A stretch of DNA of 57,706 bases from Bacteroidia bacterium (GTDB lineage Bacteria > Bacteroidota > Bacteroidia > Bacteroidales > CAJPTX01): NCBI GenBank assembly GCA_905373665.1, contig CAJPTV010000001.1, positions 1 to 57,706 on the forward strand. The letters run 5' to 3'. The notes beneath the pieces are model-generated. The model saw only the letters and a list, made by a program, of their open reading frames with translations, was not told where the DNA came from and did not search any database. Shown piece by piece: positions 1 to 7,714 of the stretch. Numbering within the stretch: the stretch's first letter is position 1; each line of letters starts with the position of its first letter. Both the position numbers and the translations under genes were made by a program.

Positions 1-1
1 C

Positions 2-205
2 ACAGAGACACGTCCGTTGACCGTCCGCGAGTATGCGCGTATTCAGACCTTCCCCGACGACTGGGCATTTGCAGGAAGCCTCTCCTCGCAGTACAAGCAA
101 ATTGGGAATGCAGTACCCGTGAACCTAGCATACGCCCTAGGGCGCGCCTTGGTGCGCCTATTAAATAGTTTAGAAGAAGCGCGCGTTGGTGCGCCTACTA
201 AATAG
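2..205 (+). CDS. DNA (cytosine-5)-methyltransferase, C-terminal fragment (5' part lies outside the window)
   Basis: The ORF runs off the 5' edge. The translation [44 protein letters not shown] carries the C-terminal C5-MTase motifs (QTFPD..., GNAVPV). Confidence 0.85.
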   Translation, partial: TETRPLTVREYARIQTFPDDWAFAGSLSSQYKQIGNAVPVNLAYALGRALVRLLNSLEEARVGAPTK

Positions 206-261
206 TTTAGCGGAGGCGCGCCTTGGTGCGGCTACTAAATAGTTTAGCGGAAGCACAGGAG
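141..261. repeat. 37-bp tandem repeat, 3 full units (151-187, 188-224, 225-261) plus a partial unit at 141-150
   Basis: Units are ggtgcgcctattaaatagtttagaagaagcgcgcgtt, ggtgcgcctactaaatagtttagcggaggcgcgcctt and ggtgcggctactaaatagtttagcggaagcacaggag. Units 1 and 2 can fold as GCGCCT..CTAAA-tag-TTTAG..(A/G)GCGC (the outer stem is weaker in unit 1); unit 3 keeps only the inner CTAAA/TTTAG stem. The array spans the methyltransferase stop codon (203-205). Confidence 0.9.
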
Positions 262-273
262 GACGAACGCTGA

Positions 274-952
274 CTAGCGGGGAAACAGCCCTTCTACCCG
301 TGCCCATATCTCCTCTGCGATGCGCTCTTTGGGCTTCATGCCGCCGAGTCCATCCCCACACGCTACAATATCATAATTGGATAAATAGCCGCCGAGGGAA
401 CGGTATACCTCCTGTACACAAGCTTGGTATTCTACTTTCGCCTCGTGAATGTCTTGTTTACCCTCGGTGTAGGCACGGTCGCGCGTCTTGTTGCGCTGTT
501 GGTTAACGCTTGTAGAAAAGCGTAAGGGGGCGTCAAGGAATAGGGTAAGGTCAGGGGCTAGGTTGCCAAACCCCTCAAGGTCTGTTTGAATAAGCCAACG
601 GATTAACGCATCGCGTTCCGCACCAGCAGGCACTTTCGCCCCAGCGTAGGCGAGGTTCGAAGCATAGTAACGGTCGACCACTAAGACCTTTCCCTCCTCG
701 AGCGCCTTTTGCAATACGGGGCGAGTCTCGTGCCGATTGGCAGCATAGAGCGCCCCTATGAGCTTGGGGGGGAGGGTCGCTAGGTCGCCAAATTCCCCGC
801 GGAGGTAAGCCGCAATGAGTTCACCAAAGACGCTCTTTTCCTCGAAAATGGAAATGGGCAACACGATGCCCCGCCTGTTCTAAGCGTTCGCACAGTAGCG
901 CGGCTTGAGTCGTCTTGCCACAGCCGTCAGTGCCTTCCAATACAATAAACAT
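274..952 (-). pseudogene. tmk: dTMP (thymidylate) kinase, reading frame broken by a 1-nt frameshift (or a sequencing error)
   Basis: The P-loop N-terminus MFIVLEGTDGCGKTTQAALLCERLEQAGH starts at ATG 952-950 in one frame. The rest (LPISIFEEKSVFGELIAAYLRG...DRYYASNLAYAGAK...) is the 274-864 ORF in another frame. The total length of 679 nt is 3n+1. The junction lies at the C4 run 869-872. Confidence 0.7.
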
Positions 953-1016
953 CCTTTTTCGTACGTGTGGGTTATAGAGCCAAGGTAGGCATTATTTCAT
1001 ATATGGCTAAAAGGTT

Positions 1017-1024
1017 TACTTTTG
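1017..1024 (+). promoter_or_regulatory. Bacteroidetes -7 promoter box TAnnTTTG (TACTTTTG)
   Basis: tacttttg lies 29 nt upstream of the ATG at 1053. Confidence 0.45.
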
Positions 1025-1052
1025 CACGAAAGGAACTCTTGAGGGAAGAGGG

Positions 1053-2156
1053 ATGAATAAGCTTGCGCGCTATATCATTATCGCGGTGTCGATAGCCGCG
1101 GTGGGTTACTTGTTGTGGTTGTTTCACAGCATCGTCTGGTATATCATTATAGCGATGGTGGTGTCGCTGGTGGGGCGTCCGTTGGTGAAACTGTTGCAGC
1201 GCGTGAGAATCGGGCGTTTCCACTGCCCGAGCTCATTGGGAGCAGCGATTGCGCTGGTGGTACTCTTTGCGCTCTTTGGCGGGCTCTTTTGGCTCTTCTT
1301 CCCTCTGGTTACCAAGCAGTTTGAGATGCTAAGGAATGTCGACCTGAATGCACTCTTACACTCCCTGTCTGGTCCCATCTCGTTGTTAGATGCGCAGATA
1401 GAGGAGCTTCTCCCCTCAGACGCCGAACGCTTCTCCTTTTTGGATGAGCTGCAGCGTCAAGCCTATTCGCTCGTCAATGCAGAGCTCTTTCGTAGCGTCT
1501 TTTCGTCGACCGCTTCGTTTGTTACGGAGATGCTGGTGGCGATCTTCTCGGTGGCGTTTATGGCTTATTTCTTTATGAAAGACGATGGGCTCTTTATCCA
1601 AGGGCTTACCTTCTTTTTCCCAGAACGGTATGAGGAGAATATCCGGCACGCGGTATCGCAGAGCGAGGCGCTGTTGCGACGCTATTTCATCGGGCTGGCG
1701 GTAGAGAGTGTGATTATCACGATACTGACCATCATCGGGATGCTAGCGCTGCGCCTTTCGCTCAATACAGCGTTGGTGATCGGGATCGTCGCTGGTGTGC
1801 TCAACGTGATTCCTTACGTGGGAGCACTCATCTCGCTGGGGATAGCGATGCTGATCCCGCTCGGGTTGTACTCTACGGGGACAGCGCCGATGCCATTGGG
1901 CGAGTTGCTGGTGTTCATAGCGCTGGTGTTTATCGCCGTTCGCTTTTTAGACAATTTCCTTTTGCAACCCTATATCTATTCGAGTAGCGCGCACGCCCAT
2001 CCGCTTGAGATTTTCATCGTGCTCTTGATGGCTGCGAACATTGCTGGGATGCTGGGGATGTTCCTCGCCATCCCCGTTTATACGATCGCCCGGGTGGTAG
2101 GGAAGGAGTTCTTCAATAACTTCCACTTGGTGCAGCGACTCACGAAAAATATATAA
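1053..2156 (+). CDS. AI-2E family transporter (PerM/UPF0118-type permease)
   Basis: A 367-aa polytopic membrane protein with the typical length and hydrophobic layout. The C-terminal region ...PYVGALISLG...FLDNFLLQPYIYSS... is characteristic of the family. Confidence 0.7.
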   Translation: MNKLARYIIIAVSIAAVGYLLWLFHSIVWYIIIAMVVSLVGRPLVKLLQRVRIGRFHCPSSLGAAIALVVLFALFGGLFWLFFPLVTKQFEMLRNVDLNALLHSLSGPISLLDAQIEELLPSDAERFSFLDELQRQAYSLVNAELFRSVFSSTASFVTEMLVAIFSVAFMAYFFMKDDGLFIQGLTFFFPERYEENIRHAVSQSEALLRRYFIGLAVESVIITILTIIGMLALRLSLNTALVIGIVAGVLNVIPYVGALISLGIAMLIPLGLYSTGTAPMPLGELLVFIALVFIAVRFLDNFLLQPYIYSSSAHAHPLEIFIVLLMAANIAGMLGMFLAIPVYTIARVVGKEFFNNFHLVQRLTKNI

Positions 2157-2204
2157 ATTTGCCCACGGGGTTTTATTTACCTCAAAAGCTAAACAGATAA
2201 TGCG

Positions 2205-2594
2205 ATGCGTGGTGGGGTTCGTCTCATTCTTTCTATTCTCTTGTGGGTTCTGTTGTGTGTAGCGATCGAGCAGCCTCTCGCCGCACAGTCTGCACCCAAA
2301 GTACCCAACATCTTTACCCCAAACAACGACGGGATTAACGACACGTTTGAGCTTGAAAGCACCAAGCCTATCACCTTTTCGGTCTTTAACCGAGGGGGCG
2401 CGTTGGTTTACCACGTGGTAGCCCAGCACATCATTTGGGACGGTACGGATGAGCGTGGGCATGAGATCGCCGACGGCGTCTATTTCTACGTCCTCCAAGA
2501 CCCTGCACACACCTACAAGGAAGAAAAGGGTTTTCTCTATATCTCGCGCAACACAAAGGTAAAAGAGGTCGCGGGTACATCCAAGAAATCGTAA
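2205..2594 (+). CDS. Small secreted protein consisting of a signal peptide plus a T9SS type-B (gliding-motility CHU_C) C-terminal sorting domain
   Basis: Signal peptide MRGGVRLILSILLWVLLCVAIEQPLAAQ is followed by PNIFTPNNDGINDTFELES...FSVFNRGGALVY...WDGTDERGHEIADGVYFYVLQ...GFLYISR, which matches the CHU_C/TIGR04131 pattern. The stop codon overlaps the pheT ATG (TAATG at 2592-2596). Confidence 0.7.
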   Translation: MRGGVRLILSILLWVLLCVAIEQPLAAQSAPKVPNIFTPNNDGINDTFELESTKPITFSVFNRGGALVYHVVAQHIIWDGTDERGHEIADGVYFYVLQDPAHTYKEEKGFLYISRNTKVKEVAGTSKKS

Positions 2595-5074
2595 TGAAGA
2601 TATCTTTCCGCTGGTTGGCGCAATACCTAACTCCGTGTCCGGAGGTTACGGGTGTTGCAGAGGCTCTTACTGCCATAGGGTTAGAAGTGGAACATGAAGA
2701 GCAGACGCCTTCGGCAGACGAGCGTCTGCGAGGCTTGGTGGTCGGCGAGGTGCTCAGTTGTGTGCAGCACCCGAATGCTGACAAGTTGCACTGTACGGAG
2801 GTCTCTGTCGGGGGCGAGCCGTTGAAGATTGTCTGTGGTGCGCCGAACGTGGCGACGGGACAAAAGGTCGTAGTGGCGACCATTGGCACGAAGCTGCAGG
2901 ACAAGGAAGGGAACTCGTTTACTATCAAGAAGTCTAAGCTGCGGGGCGAGGTCTCCGAAGGGATGTTGTGTGCCGAGGACGAGATCGGGCTCGGCGACTC
3001 GCACGACGGGATTATGGTTTTACCCCCCGACACAAAGGTAGGTACGCCGCTAGCAGAACTTTACCCTAGCCAAGGGGACACTGTTTTTGAAATTGGTTTG
3101 ACGGCGAACCGTGCCGATGCGATGTCGCACTATGGTGTGGCGCGTGATTTAGCAGCTTATCTTAACTTGACTTCGCCCTGTAAAGCCACACTCCCTGCAT
3201 TGAAGCCCTTAGCTGGAACGGACGCTACGGGGGCAATAGCGCTAGGGGATGTCGATGCGGCGCGCTGTATTCGTTACTGTGGCTTGACCCTTCGTGGGGT
3301 GAAAGTGACCTCCTCGCCCGCATGGATGCAGGAGGCGTTGCAAGCCATCGGGGTGCGCCCTATTAACAACGTGGTGGATATTACCAACTATGTGCTGCAT
3401 GAGACGGGTAACCCGCTTCATGCCTTTGACTTGAAAGCGTTTACGACAGGGCGTGTCTCAGTACGTACGTTGCCAGAAGGTACGCCTTTTACGACCCTTG
3501 ACGGCAAGGAGCGAAAGTTGAGGTCTGACGACCTGTGCATCTGTGACGGTGCGACGCCGCTTTGCCTAGCGGGGGTTTTCGGTGGGTTAGATTCGGGGGT
3601 GAAGGATACAACGACAGATATCTTTCTCGAGGCGGCTGTATTTGACCCCGTAACAGTGCGTAAAACGGCTCATTTTTACGGTTTGAACACTGATGCGTCC
3701 TTCCGGTTTGAACGGGGGGTAGATCCGCAGTTTACGCCCTATTCTTTGCAACGCGCAGCACAGCTCTTGGTGGAGTATGCGGGGGCTACGATAGAGGGCG
3801 CGGCATTGGACTATTATCCTACTCCCTGCCTGCCACGCGAATTGGATGTGGACTTGCAGCGGCTGCGTGGGCGTTTAGGCTATGATATGCCCGATGCGCG
3901 CATCGCGAAAATCCTCGACGGATTGGAGATTGCGCATAAGGACTTAGGCAATGGCGTATGGCACTTGAGCGTCCCTTACTATCGGATTGATGTGACGCGC
4001 GAAGCGGATATTGTGGAGGAGCTCCTCCGTTTGGGCGGCTTCCCGCCGCTCGGCGAGAACCGTATTTCCTTTGCCCTTGATTCGCGCAATAGCTATCGTG
4101 CGCCGCGTATTGAGGCTGTGAAGGATCTCTTGGTGGGTGCAGGTTTTCAAGAGATTATGTCGCTTTCGCTTACTAACGGCGAGGTGGCGAAGGGGCTCTT
4201 TGCTAGTGAAGCGGTAAAGCTTCTCAATCCGTTGAGTGCAGACCTAGATACGCTGCGACAAGACTTAGTCTTTGGCGCGTGCGATGCCGTGGCGCGCAAC
4301 ATTACGCGTCAGCGTCCAGACCTTCGCTTCTTTGAGACGGGGCACGTCTTTGAACGGACGACGGGTAGCGGAAAGTCAGAGGCAACAACACCGTTGCGAA
4401 ACTACGTAGAACGTTCGATGCTTTCGCTTACCCTCACGGGGGATCTTACCCCAGCGACGTGGTTAGGCGCAGCGAGCCCCGTGTCGGTCTTCCATCTAAA
4501 GGGCTATTTTGACGCGGTGTGTGCCGCTTATAAGGTTGCCCCGAGTGCGTTGGAATATATAGAGCACAGTGCCGATAATGGGCTCTATCTCTATAGCCTA
4601 GAGGTGCGCCTCGCGGCTGCGGGTAAGGGAGCGGCGCAACCCGTGCTTTTAGGGCGTCTTGGGCAGCTCTCGCCACAGCTTTTGAAGCGCTTTGGGGTGA
4701 AGGTAGCAGTCTTTTATGCAACTCTTTACACGGACGTCTTGGAGGCGCATTACACCACAGCGGATCGTTTGCAGGTGCAGCCCTTGCCGCGTTTCCCCGA
4801 GGTACGGCGCGACCTTTCGCTTCTCGTGGCACAGGATGTGACCTTTGCGGCACTGCAGGGAGTAGCCTTCCGAGCAGAGAAGCTGCTATTGCGCGATATG
4901 TCGCTCTTTGATGTGTATGAGGGTGAAGGCGTCCCCGCGGGTAAGCGTTCGTACGCGATAGCGTTCACCTTACAGGACGTCTCAAAGACCCTAACCGACA
5001 CTGATATTGATGCGGCGATGCAGCGTCTACTTACCCGTTTCCAAAAGGAGTTCGGAGCAGAGTTGAGAGGCTAG
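2594..5074 (+). CDS. pheT: Phenylalanine--tRNA ligase beta subunit
   Basis: 826 aa. The N-terminal tRNA-binding domain (MKISFRWLAQYL...HPNADKL...VCGAPNV), B3/4, B5 and the C-terminal anticodon-binding layout are all recognisable. Confidence 0.95.
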   Translation: MKISFRWLAQYLTPCPEVTGVAEALTAIGLEVEHEEQTPSADERLRGLVVGEVLSCVQHPNADKLHCTEVSVGGEPLKIVCGAPNVATGQKVVVATIGTKLQDKEGNSFTIKKSKLRGEVSEGMLCAEDEIGLGDSHDGIMVLPPDTKVGTPLAELYPSQGDTVFEIGLTANRADAMSHYGVARDLAAYLNLTSPCKATLPALKPLAGTDATGAIALGDVDAARCIRYCGLTLRGVKVTSSPAWMQEALQAIGVRPINNVVDITNYVLHETGNPLHAFDLKAFTTGRVSVRTLPEGTPFTTLDGKERKLRSDDLCICDGATPLCLAGVFGGLDSGVKDTTTDIFLEAAVFDPVTVRKTAHFYGLNTDASFRFERGVDPQFTPYSLQRAAQLLVEYAGATIEGAALDYYPTPCLPRELDVDLQRLRGRLGYDMPDARIAKILDGLEIAHKDLGNGVWHLSVPYYRIDVTREADIVEELLRLGGFPPLGENRISFALDSRNSYRAPRIEAVKDLLVGAGFQEIMSLSLTNGEVAKGLFASEAVKLLNPLSADLDTLRQDLVFGACDAVARNITRQRPDLRFFETGHVFERTTGSGKSEATTPLRNYVERSMLSLTLTGDLTPATWLGAASPVSVFHLKGYFDAVCAAYKVAPSALEYIEHSADNGLYLYSLEVRLAAAGKGAAQPVLLGRLGQLSPQLLKRFGVKVAVFYATLYTDVLEAHYTTADRLQVQPLPRFPEVRRDLSLLVAQDVTFAALQGVAFRAEKLLLRDMSLFDVYEGEGVPAGKRSYAIAFTLQDVSKTLTDTDIDAAMQRLLTRFQKEFGAELRG

Positions 5075-5100
5075 CGGCGTAAGAGATAAAGAGGCTTTTC

Positions 5101-5148
5101 CCCCCTCCGATTTGTGGCTTACGGTCACGATCGGAGGGGGTTTCTGTT
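5101..5148 (+). terminator. Rho-independent terminator of pheT
   Basis: An 11-bp stem, ccccctccgat (5101-5111) pairing with atcggaggggg (5130-5140), is followed by tttctgtt. Confidence 0.7.
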
Positions 5149-5209
5149 GGTTAGGCAAAAGATGAGCCCCAGTAACAATAACCTCAACGCCCAGAATCAC
5201 TAAAAGAAC

Positions 5210-5243
5210 GGGGGACGCGACATGTACTTCATGTCCGTCCCCC
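5210..5243 (-). terminator. Hairpin downstream of pepD (possible terminator, usable from either strand)
   Basis: gggggacg(c)gacatg (5210-5224) pairs with catgtccgtccccc (5230-5243), giving about 14 bp with one bulge, 37 nt past the pepD stop. The flanks are only moderately T-rich. Confidence 0.45.
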
Positions 5244-5279
5244 TTTGTAGTCGCTTATTTCAGCACGTGCGGGAAAAGC

Positions 5280-6734
5280 CTACCGCGGCGAATTAGCAAG
5301 GATCTCTACTAGGAAGTCCCAGAAGAGCCCCACCGTCTCAATATTCACACGTTCGTCTGGGCTGTGGGGCGAAAGAATGGTAGGACCGAAAGAAATCATA
5401 TCCATACCCTCGTAAATACCGCCAATAATACCACACTCTAGCCCTGCATGGATAGCCATAATCTTAGGCTCGCAACCGAACTTCGTCTTGTAAACCGATT
5501 GCATCACCTTCAGGATTGGCGACGCCATATTAGGCTGCCACCCTGCGTAAGAACCAGAAAACGCTACCGAAGCACCCACCATCTTAAAGACCGACTCCAT
5601 TTGCTTACAGAGCGCCATTTTAGCCGACTCTACGCTACTACGTATGAAGCATAAACCATCGAAATGCCCCTCCGCCATCTTCAATACGGCAAAGTTCGTG
5701 GAGGTCTCCACCAACCCGGGCACGGAGTCACTCATACGAATTACAGCGTTCGGACAGGTATAGACACTGCGCGTAAGCGCAAGATGACTCTTTTCCGTCA
5801 ATACCTTGGCAGGAAGCGCCGTTTCACCCACCATGATCTGTACATCGGGGTCAGTCTGGGCAAGTTCCGCCTTGATATCAGCTGCCGTACTTGCTAAGCG
5901 TTCTTTAAGCGCCGCAAGGTTCTTACTAGCCACCACTACCGTAGCCTCTGCTTCGCGAGGGATGGCATTGCGAAGACTCCCCCCCTGTGCCGTAGCTACA
6001 CGAACACCAAGATCCTCTGCCTCTACGAGCAGGCGCATCAACAGCATAATCGAGTTACCACGCCCGAGGGCGATATCCATTCCGCTGTGTCCCCCCTTGA
6101 GCCCCTTCACGGTAAGGGTGAGCGCTTGGGTATCGGCGGGGGTGTTTTCTAGTTCGTACGGCACGGAGATCGTCGCGTCAATCCCACCAGCACACCCTAC
6201 GTAAAGCTCACCTTCCGTCTCCGAGTCCATATTGATGAGGATACGTCCCTTAAGGAAAGCTGGGTCTAGGTTCTCTGCCCCAGTCATCCCCGTCTCTTCG
6301 TCTATTGTAAAGAGCGCCTCAATTGGTCCATGCTTAAGATTCTTTTCTGCGAGGACACCCATTGCAGCCGCAACCCCCATGCCGTTGTCTGCCCCGAGGG
6401 TCGTCCCACGTGCACGCACCCAGCCGCCATCGATGTAGGCATCGATAGGGTCTGTAAGAAAATCATGCTGCTTGTCAGAGTTCTTTTGCGGCACCATATC
6501 TAGGTGGGCTTGCAACACAATGATTTTGCGGTCTTCGTAACCAGGCGTTGCAGGTTTACGGATTAGGACATTGCCGAGCTTGTCGACGTGTGTTTCAAGC
6601 CCGAGCTTCTTACCAAAGTCTGCCATAAAGGCGGTGATACGCTCCTCATGTTTCGACGGACGGGGAATTTGCGTAATGGCATAGAAGTGTTCCCAAATAG
6701 CTGCGGGCTTGAGGTTCTTAATTTCTTGACTCAT
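5280..6734 (-). CDS. pepD: Aminoacyl-histidine dipeptidase (Xaa-His dipeptidase, peptidase M20C)
   Basis: MSQEIKNLKPAAIWEHFYAITQIPRPSKHEE...HLDMVPQK...TTLGADNGMG...IDEETGMTGA... are typical PepD signatures. Start chosen at the ATG at 6734 (MSQEI). Confidence 0.9.
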   Translation of the reverse strand: MSQEIKNLKPAAIWEHFYAITQIPRPSKHEERITAFMADFGKKLGLETHVDKLGNVLIRKPATPGYEDRKIIVLQAHLDMVPQKNSDKQHDFLTDPIDAYIDGGWVRARGTTLGADNGMGVAAAMGVLAEKNLKHGPIEALFTIDEETGMTGAENLDPAFLKGRILINMDSETEGELYVGCAGGIDATISVPYELENTPADTQALTLTVKGLKGGHSGMDIALGRGNSIMLLMRLLVEAEDLGVRVATAQGGSLRNAIPREAEATVVVASKNLAALKERLASTAADIKAELAQTDPDVQIMVGETALPAKVLTEKSHLALTRSVYTCPNAVIRMSDSVPGLVETSTNFAVLKMAEGHFDGLCFIRSSVESAKMALCKQMESVFKMVGASVAFSGSYAGWQPNMASPILKVMQSVYKTKFGCEPKIMAIHAGLECGIIGGIYEGMDMISFGPTILSPHSPDERVNIETVGLFWDFLVEILANSPR

Positions 6735-6766
6735 CGTAGTCGAATTTTTACACGTTAGACACATTC

Positions 6767-6774
6767 CAAAGATA
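6767..6774 (-). promoter_or_regulatory. -7 promoter box TATCTTTG upstream of pepD
   Basis: The plus strand reads caaagata, 33 nt upstream of the pepD ATG. Confidence 0.45.
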
Positions 6775-6779
6775 AGGGT

Positions 6780-7709
6780 TTATTTTGACAGCGGCAAAAC
6801 CTCTTCGCTCTGTGCCAATAACCTTCGTAGACGCTCCTTACGTGCTCTCCGCATCGGACTTTCGCGCGGCAATGCACACTCTCCTACTGCAAAAGCATTG
6901 AGGAGTGGACGGTCAACCAACACTTCGGACTGTAGGCGCGTCTCTGGTGCACGCACATTCCACGGACACGCCTCTTGACACAGGTCGCACCCATAAGCCC
7001 AACCGTGCAACGAGGCTATCTCCTCTGGTGTGAGCTCGCTCTTTTTCTCGATGGTAAGGTAAGAAATACAGCGCCGCGCATCCATCCGTCCGTTGCCCAG
7101 AAGCGCCCCTGTTGGGCAAGCCTCGACACAACGCTGGCACGTACCGCAGCGATTCTTTACCTCCACAGCGGGTGTCGGTTCTATAGGGAGATTGACCACT
7201 AGAGCGCCAATGAAGGTGAACGTCCCGAGGCGCGGCGAGACGAGCAATCCCTGTCGCCCAATCCAGCCGAGTCCACTTTGCAGTGCCCAGTAGCGATCAA
7301 GGAATGGAGCAGAGTCGACAAAGGCGCGCCCTTCGACGGATTCCGTCCCCTCGCCCACTTCCTCTTTCAAAAGGCTAAGGAGTTGATAAAGTCGCTCTTT
7401 GAGGATAAGGTGATAGTCTCTTAACACCGCATAGCGCGACACCCGCGGCGGATGTGACCACACCCCTTCTCCTTTCTGGTGGTAAGAGAGTAAACACGAA
7501 ATAATGGACTTTGCCCCTGGGACGAGTTGCTGCGGATCGAAACGGAGGTTGAGGTTACGGGCGAGGTAGTCCATCTCGCCATGATAGCCCTTCGCGAGCC
7601 ACTCTAGATACTCCGTCTGCCCTTCTGTAACGGGGGCAGCCTGCGCCACCCCGACGTCGTCAATCCCACACGAAAGGGCGAGGGTACGAAGAGAAGAGAA
7701 GGAGAGCAC
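6780..7709 (-). CDS. queG: tRNA epoxyqueuosine(34) reductase
   Basis: Two 4Fe-4S motifs (CGTCQRCVEACPTGAL and YGCDLCQEACPWN) plus the QueG motif DARRCISYLTIE. Confidence 0.9.
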   Translation of the reverse strand: MLSFSSLRTLALSCGIDDVGVAQAAPVTEGQTEYLEWLAKGYHGEMDYLARNLNLRFDPQQLVPGAKSIISCLLSYHQKGEGVWSHPPRVSRYAVLRDYHLILKERLYQLLSLLKEEVGEGTESVEGRAFVDSAPFLDRYWALQSGLGWIGRQGLLVSPRLGTFTFIGALVVNLPIEPTPAVEVKNRCGTCQRCVEACPTGALLGNGRMDARRCISYLTIEKKSELTPEEIASLHGWAYGCDLCQEACPWNVRAPETRLQSEVLVDRPLLNAFAVGECALPRESPMRRARKERLRRLLAQSEEVLPLSK

Positions 7710-7714
7710 CCCTC

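Noticed and set aside
141-261. A possible CRISPR array, suggested by regularly spaced repeats of about 37 bp.
   Set aside because: The units are directly abutting with no spacers, there are only three copies, no cas genes are nearby, and the array overlaps a coding 3' end. It is a plain tandem duplication.
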